A stretch of DNA of 64,000 nt from an uncultured Candidatus Saccharibacteria bacterium. GTDB taxonomy: Bacteria > Patescibacteriota > Minisyncoccia > Phycocordibacterales > PALSA-1337. Each line of letters begins with the position of its first letter. Within the stretch, counting starts at the first letter, position 1. The position numbers were made by a program, and so were the translations under genes. Below the pieces are notes generated by a model that was given only the letters and a program-made list of their open reading frames with translations, was not told the DNA's origin and did not search any database. Location of the stretch: assembly GCA_964412585.1 (NCBI GenBank), contig CAYPPJ010000001.1:17995-81994 (forward strand). Direction: 5' to 3'. Shown piece by piece: positions 48,763 to 58,787 of this stretch.

Positions 48763-49110
48763 ATGAAAGCAAAATACGCTGTAATGGATAAAATTCGTTT
48801 AGTTAGCAGTGCTGAACGGAACTGGTCGACTCCTGAGGGTAGAATAGAATTCAGGGAACGTCTGGTTGAAATGCTGACCATTGCCGAACAGAAGGACCTT
48901 CCGGTTGCTTTAATGAATTTGACCAAGTCCTTTCAAGTCGAAGGGCGGTTGAATTTTGAGGAGGCAAAAAAGAGGGTTACTAAAATGTTTCGTAATGCGG
49001 GCAAGGCGATTCCACGAAACAAGAAGTTCAAGTGGTACCTGTACCGTGATGGTGTTACATCGTGGCCGCAAAGGGGTCGCATGTCCTGGCACCTTTACGT
49101 TTGGATTTAA
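48763..49110 (+). CDS. Hypothetical protein between dnaK and dnaJ on the opposite strand
   Basis: 115-aa ORF; TTGACG-17-TACGGT upstream; hairpin 49118-49175 downstream. Confidence 0.55.
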   Translation: MKAKYAVMDKIRLVSSAERNWSTPEGRIEFRERLVEMLTIAEQKDLPVALMNLTKSFQVEGRLNFEEAKKRVTKMFRNAGKAIPRNKKFKWYLYRDGVTSWPQRGRMSWHLYVWI

Positions 49111-49193
49111 TGCGCCTAAAGACCCCTCTTCGTCCCCACGAGACTAGCTCGCGAGGACTGAAGAGGTCTTTTTTTATACCTCAATTTGAAGAG

Positions 49194-51107
49194 CTACTTC
49201 TTCTCCTTAAACTCCGCATCCTTCACATCCCCTTCCGGACCTTTTCCATCAGGATTTCCGCCGGCAGCACCGCCAGTTTGGTTTGTACCAGCGCTCGTCT
49301 GATCATTTTTCATATACTGCCCTATCTTCTGTATCTCATCTGACAACGCCATCGTAGCCTTCTTGATAGCTTCCTTGTCAGGATTGGCATTATCCTTTGC
49401 AGTCTTGAGGTCTGCAATCTTATCCTCAATCGACTTACGCAACTCCGCAGGAACCTTGTCTCCCGCATCCTTGAGTGCCTTTTCAGCCGTATAGACCAGC
49501 TGTTCCGCAATATTCTTGGCTTCAACAGCTTCATGCTTGGCCTTGTCTTCTGCCTCATGCTTGGCCGCATCCTGCTTCATCTTCTCGACCTCTTCTTTGG
49601 ACAGACCGGAAGAAGCGGTGATCTTGATGCTGTTGGCCTTGCCGGTATTCTTGTCCTTTGCAGTCACGTTCAGGATACCGTTGGCATCAACGTCAAATGA
49701 GACTTCGATCTGCGGTGTTCCGCGAGGAGCGGGAGCAATACCATCGAGGATGAAGCGGCCCAGCGACTTGTTGTCAGCTGACATGGCGCGCTCACCTTGA
49801 GTGATATGGATCTCTACCGAGGTCTGGTTGTCGCTGGCAGTCGAGAAGATCTGCGACTTCTGGGTAGGGACAGTCGTATTCTTTTCGATGAGCTTGGTGG
49901 CAACACCGCCCATGGTTTCGATGCCCAGTGACAATGGAATAACGTCCAAGAGAAGAACGTCTTTGACATCGCCACCTAATATTCCGCCTTGAATAGCGGC
50001 GCCCACCGCAACCACCTCGTCGGGATTCACACCCATGTGCAAATCCTTACCGAAGAACTTCTTGACTGCTTCTTGTAGAGCCGGCATGCGTGTCTGTCCT
50101 CCAACCATGACTATCTCGTTGATTTCTCCCACCTTGAACGGCGAAGCTTCAACTGCGCGCTTGGTGATCTCCATGGCGCGCGTGATGAACTCCTGCGTCA
50201 TCTGCTCGAGCTGTGCTCGTGTCATAACGACGAGCAAGTGTTTTGGTCCATCCGCACCAGAGGTGATGAATGGGATATTAATCTCTGTCTGCATCGCAGT
50301 CGAGAGTTCGATCTTGGCCTTTTCTGCGGCTTCATCCAGACGCTGGAGTGCGAGCGCGTCGGTCTTGAGATCGATACCGTTTTCTTTTTTGAATGTGTCG
50401 GCCAACCAATTGACGATCTTGGCATCAATGTCGCGACCACCAAGGTGTGAGTCACCGTCAGTTGATTTGACCTCAATGACATCATCGCCTACTTCGAGCA
50501 CAGAGATGTCGAAGGTACCGCCTCCAAAGTCGAAGACGGCAATCTTTTCGTTTTTCTTTTTGCTAAAGCCATACGCCAAGGCGGCGGCTGTCGGCTCGTT
50601 GATGATGCGTTTTACATCGAGTCCAGCAATCTTGCCGGCGTCCTTGGTAGCCTGGCGCTGTGAGTCGTTGAAGTAGGCCGGAACGGTAATGACTGCTTCG
50701 GTCACTTTCTCGCCCAGACGTGCCTCGGCGTCATTCTTGAGCTTCTGGAGGATCATGGCTGACACTTCTTCCGGTCTCATCCAGGTGCCTGCCATATTTA
50801 CTTCAATGCCGCCATTTGAAGATTTGCGAGTCTCAAACGGGACATTCTTGATATCCTTCTGAACACTTGGCTCATCAAAGGTATGACCCATGAAGCGCTT
50901 GATCTGGAAGATCGTGTTCTTTGGATTGGTGACTGCTTGGCGCTTTGCCAAAAGTCCGACCAATCGTTCGCCTGTTTTAGATTGGGCGACAATCGAAGGT
51001 GTTGTACGCGCGCCTTCAGCGTTTTCGAGGACTCTCGGAACTCCTGCTTCCATCACTGCGACGGCTGAGAAGGTCGTTCCGAGGTCGATTCCGATGATTT
51101 TGGACAT
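49194..51107 (-). CDS. dnaK: Molecular chaperone DnaK
   Basis: [55 protein letters not shown]. Confidence 0.99.
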   Translation of the reverse strand: MSKIIGIDLGTTFSAVAVMEAGVPRVLENAEGARTTPSIVAQSKTGERLVGLLAKRQAVTNPKNTIFQIKRFMGHTFDEPSVQKDIKNVPFETRKSSNGGIEVNMAGTWMRPEEVSAMILQKLKNDAEARLGEKVTEAVITVPAYFNDSQRQATKDAGKIAGLDVKRIINEPTAAALAYGFSKKKNEKIAVFDFGGGTFDISVLEVGDDVIEVKSTDGDSHLGGRDIDAKIVNWLADTFKKENGIDLKTDALALQRLDEAAEKAKIELSTAMQTEINIPFITSGADGPKHLLVVMTRAQLEQMTQEFITRAMEITKRAVEASPFKVGEINEIVMVGGQTRMPALQEAVKKFFGKDLHMGVNPDEVVAVGAAIQGGILGGDVKDVLLLDVIPLSLGIETMGGVATKLIEKNTTVPTQKSQIFSTASDNQTSVEIHITQGERAMSADNKSLGRFILDGIAPAPRGTPQIEVSFDVDANGILNVTAKDKNTGKANSIKITASSGLSKEEVEKMKQDAAKHEAEDKAKHEAVEAKNIAEQLVYTAEKALKDAGDKVPAELRKSIEDKIADLKTAKDNANPDKEAIKKATMALSDEIQKIGQYMKNDQTSAGTNQTGGAAGGNPDGKGPEGDVKDAEFKEKK

Positions 51108-51176
51108 AGTATTGACAATTATACTAAGGGTGTGATAATATTTTTCTGACTCTGAACAAACAAACTGAATAATCTT

Positions 51177-51407
51177 ATGACAATGACATTGAGAAGTGAG
51201 TGGCCAGCACTTGATGCATCCAAGAGCAAAAATGAACGGGATACACTAATTGGTGCAGGGACTCACGAAGTTGAACTCATACCGAACCCTTATGGTCACG
51301 CCGGAAACTGGATTGTACTCAAGGGAACGAAGATCGGCGGCTCTGAAGGATCGTGGAGACAATGGACTGATCGCGACGACAAATTTCAAGTCACCATCGA
51401 AGAGTAA
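51177..51407 (+). CDS. Small hypothetical protein
   Basis: 76-aa ORF (NPYG..G.WIVLKGT.IG); TTGACA..TAATAT upstream. Confidence 0.55.
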   Translation: MTMTLRSEWPALDASKSKNERDTLIGAGTHEVELIPNPYGHAGNWIVLKGTKIGGSEGSWRQWTDRDDKFQVTIEE

Positions 51408-51485
51408 GAACCCTCGCACTCTTTTCCACGGCTTCGCGAACATCATGTCGCGGGCCTTTTTATTTACCCAACTTTTTAATGAACC

Positions 51486-51698
51486 TCAATCTACCGCAAT
51501 AAGTTTCTTAGGATGATGATGACCATTTATGATCCTTACCGACTTCCCTGGATAGAGCCTCTGTATGATTTCAAGCACTCTCCCATTTGCCATATTCCGT
51601 TCAGCTTCTTCACGTACAGACACCACGAAATGATCATCTTTTTCTTTGATGACCTTTTCCTCGCGCGATCCCGCGATGACGCGGACATGTATATACAT
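51486..51698 (-). CDS. DUF167 (YggU/UPF0235) family protein
   Basis: I.V.V..GS, V.V...AE...AN, V.II.G.....K. Confidence 0.8.
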   Translation of the reverse strand: MYIHVRVIAGSREEKVIKEKDDHFVVSVREEAERNMANGRVLEIIQRLYPGKSVRIINGHHHPKKLIAVD

Positions 51699-51706
51699 CG
51701 CGCGGC

Positions 51707-52078
51707 TTAGTTATGAGAAGGCGCCCTCGTAGGTTGGCTCGTAAAAAAGAAAAGCTCGGTAAAAGGAGAAACGACGGGTGTGTATGCGGGAATATATGCA
51801 GTTTCAATTTCTTTTTGAGGACACGCAATCGGCAAACAGAAAATTGTGGAGTCAGAGCAGGTTCCAGAAAGGCGGAGGTGAGCGCTGGTCGAAATAGGCT
51901 GCGCGGAAACAAGATGACCTTTCGCTTCCCCGTTGACGATACTGACAAAGAAGGTCAGGCGGAACTGCTGGCCAGTAATGTCAGTAAAGATACGCGAAAT
52001 GAATTGGCCAGACTGAAGTGCCAATGTAGAGGTTGAATGTTGTTCGTCTAGGACGTGTTTCTTGAAGGGATTCAACAT
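51707..52078 (-). CDS. Hypothetical protein
   Basis: 123-aa ORF ending in a RAP motif; TATAAT 6 nt before ATG. Confidence 0.55.
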   Translation of the reverse strand: MLNPFKKHVLDEQHSTSTLALQSGQFISRIFTDITGQQFRLTFFVSIVNGEAKGHLVSAQPISTSAHLRLSGTCSDSTIFCLPIACPQKEIETAYIPAYTPVVSPFTELFFFTSQPTRAPSHN

Positions 52079-52292
52079 GGGTACATTATATCAAATATAG
52101 AGTAGGAAGAGAATTGACAGTACGAATGATTCATGTCAATATTGTTTTGTAGGGTTCCTAAATACAACTTGGCATTTCCGCCGGTAGCTGCTAAGGCAAC
52201 GAAGTCCTTACAGTAAAAAACAGCTTCATCCTCAACTTCCAACCCGCTACTCGTGCCCTACAAGGCAAAGACGAGAGCGGGTCTTCTATTAT

Positions 52293-52916
52293 CTATTTCT
52301 TATATTCTGCTACTTTAACAATCGGCGCTTTTAACACCTTGCCATTCAGCGAATACCCTTTTTGTACAACCTGAAGAATGACGTGATCAAGTTTCTCATC
52401 AGTCACCGGCTCATATGAAGTGGCCTCGTGGTGTGCATGATCAAACTTTTCATTGATAGGGTTCAATTCTTTGAGACCATTGTCGGTAAGCGCCTTGATG
52501 AGCTGTGAATAAATATATTCAACACCCACACGCCAATTTTTGTCAGCCTTTTCCCATGCTTCCCTGTTCCCCATTGCCATATCAAAACTTGCAAGAACGG
52601 GAATCAAATCCTCGATGAGCCGCTCATTGGCAAACTTCATGAAGTCCTTGCGATCTTCCTCGTCACGCTTTCTCGCATTGACCATATCAGCCTTGGCACG
52701 CTGCCAGCCAGTTAGATATTCCTGCTTTTCAGCCTCAGCTTTTTTGAGCTTCTCGCGAAGCTTCTTGATAGTCTCACCCATGGCTTCTTCAGCGACTACT
52801 GAATCATCAAGAGTATCAGAGTCGTCAGCAGAAATAGCGGCCGCCTTCGCTTCAGCGCCTTCAAGAGGAACCACATCATTTTCATCTGTATTATGTGAGG
52901 GTTTCTTTTTGAACAT
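52293..52916 (-). CDS. grpE: Nucleotide exchange factor GrpE
   Basis: QRA.AD..N..KR, LIPVL, FD...HEA, QKGY.LN..VL....V.V. Confidence 0.94.
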   Translation of the reverse strand: MFKKKPSHNTDENDVVPLEGAEAKAAAISADDSDTLDDSVVAEEAMGETIKKLREKLKKAEAEKQEYLTGWQRAKADMVNARKRDEEDRKDFMKFANERLIEDLIPVLASFDMAMGNREAWEKADKNWRVGVEYIYSQLIKALTDNGLKELNPINEKFDHAHHEATSYEPVTDEKLDHVILQVVQKGYSLNGKVLKAPIVKVAEYKK

Positions 52917-53037
52917 GTGGGTAGCATAACGGAAAATTCTCGCCGATGCAATAAACTGCATCAAAAATGGTCATAAAAACAATTAAAAAGCGGCGCCCGC
53001 ACATAGACGCCGCTTGCAAGGAATGACCGTTCGTCGG

Positions 53038-53187
53038 TCAATGAGATTTAGGTTCTCCAGAAAGGAAATCCGGCATGGAACCAGGATGCCAACCGGTTTT
53101 ATCCTCATACCCCTCTGGAGCATTGCGAGCTGCATTCAGAATTACCATCAAACCAACCAACAACACCATAATCAGGCAGGCTGTCAT
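53038..53187 (-). CDS. 49-aa membrane peptide with APEGYED..GWH motif (not in the ORF track)
   Basis: Manual translation MTACLIMVLLVGLMVILNAARNAPEGYEDKTGWHPGSMPDFLSGEPKSH*; TATACT upstream; gcggcg/cgccgc hairpin downstream. Confidence 0.6.
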   Translation of the reverse strand: MTACLIMVLLVGLMVILNAARNAPEGYEDKTGWHPGSMPDFLSGEPKSH

Positions 53188-53293
53188 AGGTTTTGCGATG
53201 TTTCTGTTCGCTCATTAGTATACACCCAACAATAATATGCGCGCAAACAAAAAGAGGCCTTCGCCTCTCCTTGCTTCATACTTCTTGTTTCTT

Positions 53294-53701
53294 TTAGCGC
53301 TTGCTCCACTGCGGAGACTTGCGGGCCTTCTTGAGACCGAACTTGCGGCGCTCTTTTGCACGTGGGTCGCGCTTGAGATAGCCGAGCTTTTTGAGCTTGC
53401 CGCGAAGCTGAATATCGTAGACCAAAAGTGCGCGTGAAATACCGTGGCGAAGTGCCTCTGATTGGGCTGAAATACCCCCACCAGTGAGCTTTGCCGTCAC
53501 ATGGAACTTCTCAGCAGCCTTGCCGTTGGTGAAAGGATCTGTGGCATTTGCTTGCATTTCGAGGACTGGGAAATACGCTTCCAAAGTCTTGCCATTGATT
53601 TCAAACGAAGCTTTTGTAGCAGGATGGAGACGAACGCGGGCAATGGCAGTCTTGCGGCGACCTACAGCTTCAAAGTATTTGGTTGATGATTTTGTCGTCA
53701 T
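53294..53701 (-). CDS. rpsI: 30S ribosomal protein S9
   Basis: GRRK.A.ARV, GGG..AQ..A.RHG, RDPR..ERRK.G..KARK.PQWSKR. Confidence 0.98.
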   Translation of the reverse strand: MTTKSSTKYFEAVGRRKTAIARVRLHPATKASFEINGKTLEAYFPVLEMQANATDPFTNGKAAEKFHVTAKLTGGGISAQSEALRHGISRALLVYDIQLRGKLKKLGYLKRDPRAKERRKFGLKKARKSPQWSKR

Positions 53702-53709
53702 ACAGGTAA

Positions 53710-54054
53710 TTATTCTTTAACGGTAAGGTTCTTTATACGTTCATCACGCAAACGATTGTTTGGGAGCATGCGAGTGATTGCGCGGCGAAATACCTCGGTC
53801 ATACCACGTCGAGTGATGAGCTCTCCGAGGGACTCACTATTCAAGCCGCCACGAAAACCAGTATATGTGACATACGCATCGTTTGTCTTTTTGCGCGCCG
53901 TTACATCCACCTTTGACGCATTGATGATTTCAACTTTTTCAGCTGCAACTTTGTTCTTTGCGAAAGCAGGCGAAGTCTTCCCCATCAAAATAGATGCCGC
54001 TTCACTTGCGATGCGTCCGATTTTCTTTCCTTGTGCGTCAATGGTGTGTTTCAT
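53710..54054 (-). CDS. rplM: 50S ribosomal protein L13 (short form)
   Basis: IDA....GR.AS..A..L.GK, V.IINA, YTG..GGL, MLP.NRL. Confidence 0.93.
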   Translation of the reverse strand: MKHTIDAQGKKIGRIASEAASILMGKTSPAFAKNKVAAEKVEIINASKVDVTARKKTNDAYVTYTGFRGGLNSESLGELITRRGMTEVFRRAITRMLPNNRLRDERIKNLTVKE

Positions 54055-54068
54055 GATAATAATGGAAA

Positions 54069-54419
54069 TTATACAAACTCAATCAACGACATCGGACTGT
54101 TATCCAAATCACGGTTTGGGAGCTTGACGATACGTGTGTAGCCACCCTTGCGAGTCATATACTTTGGGGCAATAACTTCGACAAGCTTCTTGGTCTCAGC
54201 TGTACTATGGATACTTGAAATGATGAGACGGCGTGAAGCTACCGTAGCGACCTTTGCCTTGGTGACAAGCTTCTCGACCATTGGGCGGAGTTCCTTTGCC
54301 TTTGCGGTCGTAGTCTTGATGCGGTTATCGCGTATAAGGTTGCGCGCCAATGAAGACATCAAAGCATTTCTCTGATTTTTCTCGCGTCCGAATTTTCGTT
54401 TGTTTGAATGATGTCTCAT
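54069..54419 (-). CDS. rplQ: 50S ribosomal protein L17
   Basis: MRH.....GR, I.TT.AKAKE, R.GGYTRI.K, D...M..IE. Confidence 0.97.
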   Translation of the reverse strand: MRHHSNKRKFGREKNQRNALMSSLARNLIRDNRIKTTTAKAKELRPMVEKLVTKAKVATVASRRLIISSIHSTAETKKLVEVIAPKYMTRKGGYTRIVKLPNRDLDNSPMSLIEFV

Positions 54420-54441
54420 GGTAGTAATTAGAGATTAGTAA

Positions 54442-55410
54442 TTACTGTTTTAGTGTGATGCCATGTTGTGCCAATAATTTCTTGATCTCCTGAATGCCTT
54501 TTGCGCCAAGTCCGTCGATATCCATGATATCTGACTCCTTCTTTCGAGCAAGACCGCCAAGCGTGCGAACGTTACCATTTGCAAGAGCTTTTGCGGTGCG
54601 AGCAGAAAAACCAAGTGAATCAATACGAGTCTTGAGGAGGTCTGCATCAATATCCTTGAGTGAGCCTTCTGGAGACTCTGCCTTTTCATCGATAGAAGCA
54701 ACTGCTGCCTCAGGCTCGTCCTCGGTAAATCCAACAATCGCCTTGAGCTGGCTAATCATGAGTGAAATAGACTTTTCGAGAGCTTCACGAGGAGAAATGG
54801 TACCATCTGTCTCGATAGACATGCGGAGACGGTTGAAGTCAGTGCGATCGCCAACACGCATGTTTTCTACTTCGTAGTTCGCCTTGCGAATCGGTGTAAA
54901 TGCTGCATCGAGAGTGATGGATCCAATATCAACACGATCTTTCTGGATGATCTCCTTTGGAACATACCCAAGACCTTTTTCGACAGTGATCTCCATATCA
55001 AGCTCAGATGACTTTTCGGTAAGAGAAGCGATGTGGAGTTCTGGGTTCAGAATCTCGACCTGACCAGGAGCTTCGATATCCTTTGCGCTAATCTCCTTTG
55101 CACCTTTTGCTTTGAGAGTAAGGACAACTGGCTCATCTCCGGTCACGCGGACGCGAAGCTTCTTGAGAGCGAGCAACATGGTAATGACGTCTTCTTTGAT
55201 ACCAGTCAAAGCGGAAAATTCGTGCTCAACGCCAGCAATTTTGACCTTGGTAACAGCTGCACCTGGAAGTGACGACAAAATAATGCGGCGGAGGGAGTTG
55301 CCCAACGTGTGCCCGTATCCTGGATAAAGGCCATCGATTTCGTAGGTGCCACTTGCACCCTGTTCATTGATGACTTTTGGCTTTGATGGAAGGATGAGAT
55401 CGTGTGTCAT
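54442..55410 (-). CDS. rpoA: DNA-directed RNA polymerase alpha subunit
   Basis: GYGHTLGNSLRRI.LSS.PG, HEF, G.GYV, DA.F.P, VE..RV. Confidence 0.98.
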   Translation of the reverse strand: MTHDLILPSKPKVINEQGASGTYEIDGLYPGYGHTLGNSLRRIILSSLPGAAVTKVKIAGVEHEFSALTGIKEDVITMLLALKKLRVRVTGDEPVVLTLKAKGAKEISAKDIEAPGQVEILNPELHIASLTEKSSELDMEITVEKGLGYVPKEIIQKDRVDIGSITLDAAFTPIRKANYEVENMRVGDRTDFNRLRMSIETDGTISPREALEKSISLMISQLKAIVGFTEDEPEAAVASIDEKAESPEGSLKDIDADLLKTRIDSLGFSARTAKALANGNVRTLGGLARKKESDIMDIDGLGAKGIQEIKKLLAQHGITLKQ

Positions 55411-55458
55411 GGTGTTTATAAAATAGACGATTAATTATACATTAAAAATGATACTTGT

Positions 55459-56064
55459 CTAGCGAGTATAGAACTCGAGCACTGCACGAACATCGAACAA
55501 GAGCTCAGTCATATCTGTCGCAGGTTCACCCTCGATCTTGATCTCTTTCTTGTCTGTATTTACTGACATCCAAGCGGGAGCTTTGACATTCTTGAGCTCC
55601 TCGTCCAATTTTGCGAAAATGGTCTTCTTTTTACTGCCCTCACGAATAGTAATAATATCTCCAATACGTACTTGGTATGATGGAACATCGACCTTCTTGC
55701 CATTGACCGTAAAATGACCATGGTTGACCATCTGACGAGCAGCTGCACGGCTCAATGCAAAACCAGCACGGAGAACTGCGTTGTCAAGACGTCCTTCTAG
55801 AATGCGGAGCAGGTTCTTTGCGTTATCACCTGTCGTCTGGAGTGCAGACTTGACGTAGTTGGTGAACTGACCACCTGAAATGCCGTAGCTGTAGCGAGCC
55901 TTTTGTTTTTCCAAAAGCTGACGGCCAAATTCACTCTTGGCACTGCGGCGCTTGGTACTCTTGGTCTTTGCCTGCATGCGCAATGCGTACTTTGGTGTCT
56001 GCGTCTTTCGAAAGACGGCGGCACCGAGGTAACGAGCTTTTTTGTATCGTGGGCCAATAAGCAT
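55459..56064 (-). CDS. rpsD: 30S ribosomal protein S4
   Basis: S.FG.QL.EKQK, LE.RLDN, ARQ.V.HGH, PSY.V..GD, EFY.R. Confidence 0.97.
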   Translation of the reverse strand: MLIGPRYKKARYLGAAVFRKTQTPKYALRMQAKTKSTKRRSAKSEFGRQLLEKQKARYSYGISGGQFTNYVKSALQTTGDNAKNLLRILEGRLDNAVLRAGFALSRAAARQMVNHGHFTVNGKKVDVPSYQVRIGDIITIREGSKKKTIFAKLDEELKNVKAPAWMSVNTDKKEIKIEGEPATDMTELLFDVRAVLEFYTR

Positions 56065-56079
56065 GGAAGTATAATTATA

Positions 56080-56508
56080 TTAAACGCGACGAGGTTTCTT
56101 TGGCTGAGGGCCGTTGAATGGGATCGGGGTCTCATCTTTGATCGAAGTGATGACCACGCCCTTGCTGATAAAGCCACGAATGGCAGATTCACGGCCAGAA
56201 CCGACACCTTTGACTACCACAGCAACCTCTTTGAGGCCGATGTTTTGTGCCTTGAGTGCCAACGTTTCACCGACCTTTGCAGCTGCAAAAGGAGTACCCT
56301 TCTTGGCACCACGGAAACCAGCACCGCCTGAAGAACCCCACATCAGTGCATTGCCCTTTGCATCAGTCAACATAACCTTGGTGTTATTGTAGGTAGATTG
56401 AACATGGAGAATACCAGTCTCAATGCGCTTTTTTGCCGAAACAGCCGGTGCTTTCTTTGCATCAGTCTGTTCTGCTCCTTCAGTTGTAACAATTCTTTTT
56501 TTACCCAT
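56080..56508 (-). CDS. rpsK: 30S ribosomal protein S11
   Basis: STYNNT, K.TPFAA, KG.GSGRE, D.TP.P.NG. Confidence 0.97.
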   Translation of the reverse strand: MGKKRIVTTEGAEQTDAKKAPAVSAKKRIETGILHVQSTYNNTKVMLTDAKGNALMWGSSGGAGFRGAKKGTPFAAAKVGETLALKAQNIGLKEVAVVVKGVGSGRESAIRGFISKGVVITSIKDETPIPFNGPQPKKPRRV

Positions 56509-56529
56509 GGTAGTGATATGAATAGCTGA

Positions 56530-56910
56530 TTACTTCTTTTCTTCCTTACGCTTACCTGATCCCATTGTCTTGCGGACGTTGCCACGAACTGTTCGTGAGT
56601 TGGTCTTTGTGCGCTGACCGCGTGATGGGAGATGGCGAGCATGCCTGTTACCACGATAGGCCTTGATATCCTTGAGACGTTTGATATTGGCAGCGACCTC
56701 GCGCTTGAGATCACCCTCAATCTTGAAACTTTCGACGAGCTTACGGACTTCATTTTCCTGCTCAACAGAGAGAGCCGTCGAACGGGTAGCTGGGTCAACT
56801 TTTGCTGTTTTCAAAATATTGAGAGCACGAGAACGTCCAATGCCGTATATAGCAGTCAAGGCGATTTCGAGTCGCTTGTTTTCTGGGACTGTTATACCGA
56901 GGATACGCAT
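56530..56910 (-). CDS. rpsM: 30S ribosomal protein S13
   Basis: ALT.IYGIG, EGDL, YRG.RH...LP.RGQRTKTN. Confidence 0.98.
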   Translation of the reverse strand: MRILGITVPENKRLEIALTAIYGIGRSRALNILKTAKVDPATRSTALSVEQENEVRKLVESFKIEGDLKREVAANIKRLKDIKAYRGNRHARHLPSRGQRTKTNSRTVRGNVRKTMGSGKRKEEKK

Positions 56911-56947
56911 AGATGTATAAAAATAAGGGTATTAATGAATATGAAAA

Positions 56948-57064
56948 TTATCCTTGGCGCTGCTTGTGACGTGGGTTTGACTTGCATACCACATACACAT
57001 AACTGCCCCGGCGGACGACGGAACACTTTGAACAGATTTTTTTGACTGAAGCTTTGACTCTCAT
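56948..57064 (-). CDS. rpmJ: 50S ribosomal protein L36 (zinc-ribbon type; below ORF-track cutoff)
   Basis: Manual translation [38 protein letters not shown]. Confidence 0.96.
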   Translation of the reverse strand: MRVKASVKKICSKCSVVRRGSYVYVVCKSNPRHKQRQG

Positions 57065-57066
57065 GA

Positions 57067-57300
57067 TTATGACCTTCTTGTTATTCGAGCACGACCTCCG
57101 TATGGATCAATATCCAAATCAACCTTATCTCCAATGAGAACGCGGATTCGATTCATTCTCATTTTTCCCGCAAGATAGGCAAGTATGACTTCCTTCGTGT
57201 CATTCAGCTCTACCCGGAATAGCGTATTCGGCAATGCCTCTACGACAATGCCGCTTGCGGTATTTTTTGCGGAGTTTTTTGATTGTGGCGCTGTGTCCAT
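57067..57300 (-). CDS. infA: Translation initiation factor IF-1
   Basis: G.VVEALPN..FRV.L, LA...GKMR...IR...GD.V, RI..R. Confidence 0.96.
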   Translation of the reverse strand: MDTAPQSKNSAKNTASGIVVEALPNTLFRVELNDTKEVILAYLAGKMRMNRIRVLIGDKVDLDIDPYGGRARITRRS

Positions 57301-57340
57301 CTGGTAATTGGCGCGTCGATACATCCTAGCAGATACTAGG

Positions 57341-58762
57341 CTATTTCGTCAATACCTCCACGGTTATACGGTCCAAATCTGTTGGCACATTCGACCATGG
57401 GGGTGTAATAGACCCTGAACCTTTTTCGAATTCGATGACAGGCTTGAACGAGTGGAGTACGGTACTTGTCTCCGTCAACGAAAGGCCCGCAAGTTTTTGT
57501 TTGATCTGATCGACCGGAACAGAACCAACGAGCATGGCGTCACCTTTGAGTTTAATAATCAACGTATTTTTCTTTTCAGGAGAAAAATCTTTTGCGTTGG
57601 CTATAGTGAAATCAAGTGACTCGAGACCAGGCGTTTCATAAGCGAAGCTGCCAAAGGATGCAACCGCCTCTTCACCAGCTACACGAGATACCAACTCTGA
57701 TCTCTTAAAGAGAATCCCGTGCACTGTTCCCTGTAAAGTTATTGTTGCCGATTTTGCGTCGCTACCCCCGATAACCGGTGCGCCAAATGTGGACACATAC
57801 GCTTTTGGATACATAACATACCCCTCAGGAACGCTCGACTTCAATTTTGTCAAAAGTCCCGCAACAAGTTTAGACTGCAAATCAGCTGTTGTGGATGCCA
57901 ATGTGGCAGGACTAATCGTCTTCTTTGCCCCAACAAAACCGCCAGTCAGATCTGTTGCTAGACGTGCATATATCGAATCATATTTTGCACTACCTTTGTA
58001 TGCGACGATCTTGAGGTCGCTTACTGGGTCACTCTTCGTAACATTGTATGACTGACCAGGCTGATCCGCTGTTATCATGACAGAAACAGTGCCTGGAGAT
58101 GTATTTGATCCAGATACGGTGTAGCCCGGTATGACGACAGAACTCGCCAGACGGTACACTCTCCCTGTATCATCACTGAGACGCGTACCCGCAATCAAGC
58201 GTTGTGATTGTGCGCTATATGAGTTGTACAAGGTGACCTTCCCTTTTGCAGATGTAGAGATTTTTGGTCCATCAGTTGCGGGAACTGTTCCAGTAGAGTC
58301 GCCTTTGATGGTGGCAATCTCATATACCAGCACACCCTTTCCCGGAATACTTTGTGAAATATATGTGCTATCAACAGTAAAAGGAATGACTTTTGGAACA
58401 ATAGTGAATGACGCTCGAGAAAAATACACTGATGCAATATAGCCCACAATAGCCACAAGTATCACGATACCCATCACTATATATAGAAATTTTCGGGCAC
58501 CGGAGCGTTTTTTTGGTCGCACCGCTTTGATGGGCACTTCGTCTTGATCCCCATCTTGAATATCAAGGCTTTTTTTACGTGAACTCGTTGTAACCACTTC
58601 TTCCTTCTCCGGTTCGAGATCTACTTTGCGCATAGACACAGGGCGACCTGCCTTTTTCTTTGGGGGCTGGATAGGAGCGACGATTTCAACCGGGCGTTCT
58701 ACCGGAATATCCCGTATTGAACGGTGAGTATTAGGTACAATGTCTTGAACGCGGCGAGGCAT
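57341..58762 (-). CDS. Bitopic membrane protein with baseplate-J-like ectodomain
   Basis: Disordered cytoplasmic N-terminus (DIVP..RSIR.I), TM, A.G.V..YN, L..GTR, A..PG..YN, TGG. Confidence 0.7.
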   Translation of the reverse strand: MPRRVQDIVPNTHRSIRDIPVERPVEIVAPIQPPKKKAGRPVSMRKVDLEPEKEEVVTTSSRKKSLDIQDGDQDEVPIKAVRPKKRSGARKFLYIVMGIVILVAIVGYIASVYFSRASFTIVPKVIPFTVDSTYISQSIPGKGVLVYEIATIKGDSTGTVPATDGPKISTSAKGKVTLYNSYSAQSQRLIAGTRLSDDTGRVYRLASSVVIPGYTVSGSNTSPGTVSVMITADQPGQSYNVTKSDPVSDLKIVAYKGSAKYDSIYARLATDLTGGFVGAKKTISPATLASTTADLQSKLVAGLLTKLKSSVPEGYVMYPKAYVSTFGAPVIGGSDAKSATITLQGTVHGILFKRSELVSRVAGEEAVASFGSFAYETPGLESLDFTIANAKDFSPEKKNTLIIKLKGDAMLVGSVPVDQIKQKLAGLSLTETSTVLHSFKPVIEFEKGSGSITPPWSNVPTDLDRITVEVLTK

Positions 58763-58787
58763 ATAAAAATACTATACCATATGAACT

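Noticed and set aside
50035-50676. 213-aa ORF opposite dnaK
   Set aside because: Typical dnaK antisense open frame caused by codon bias.
52141-52290. Assignment as a yybP-ykoY, c-di-AMP or cobalamin riboswitch, or a hammerhead
   Set aside because: Only short words match (GAGUAGC, GUAGGG, CAGCUA); the full consensus cores are not present.
47784-53013. CIRCE operator or hrcA at the dnaK locus
   Set aside because: No TTAGCACTC-N9-GAGTGCTAA or hrcA-like ORF found by eye.
57341-58762. Prophage baseplate gene
   Set aside because: Has a TM anchor, lies in a housekeeping context, and no other phage genes are present.
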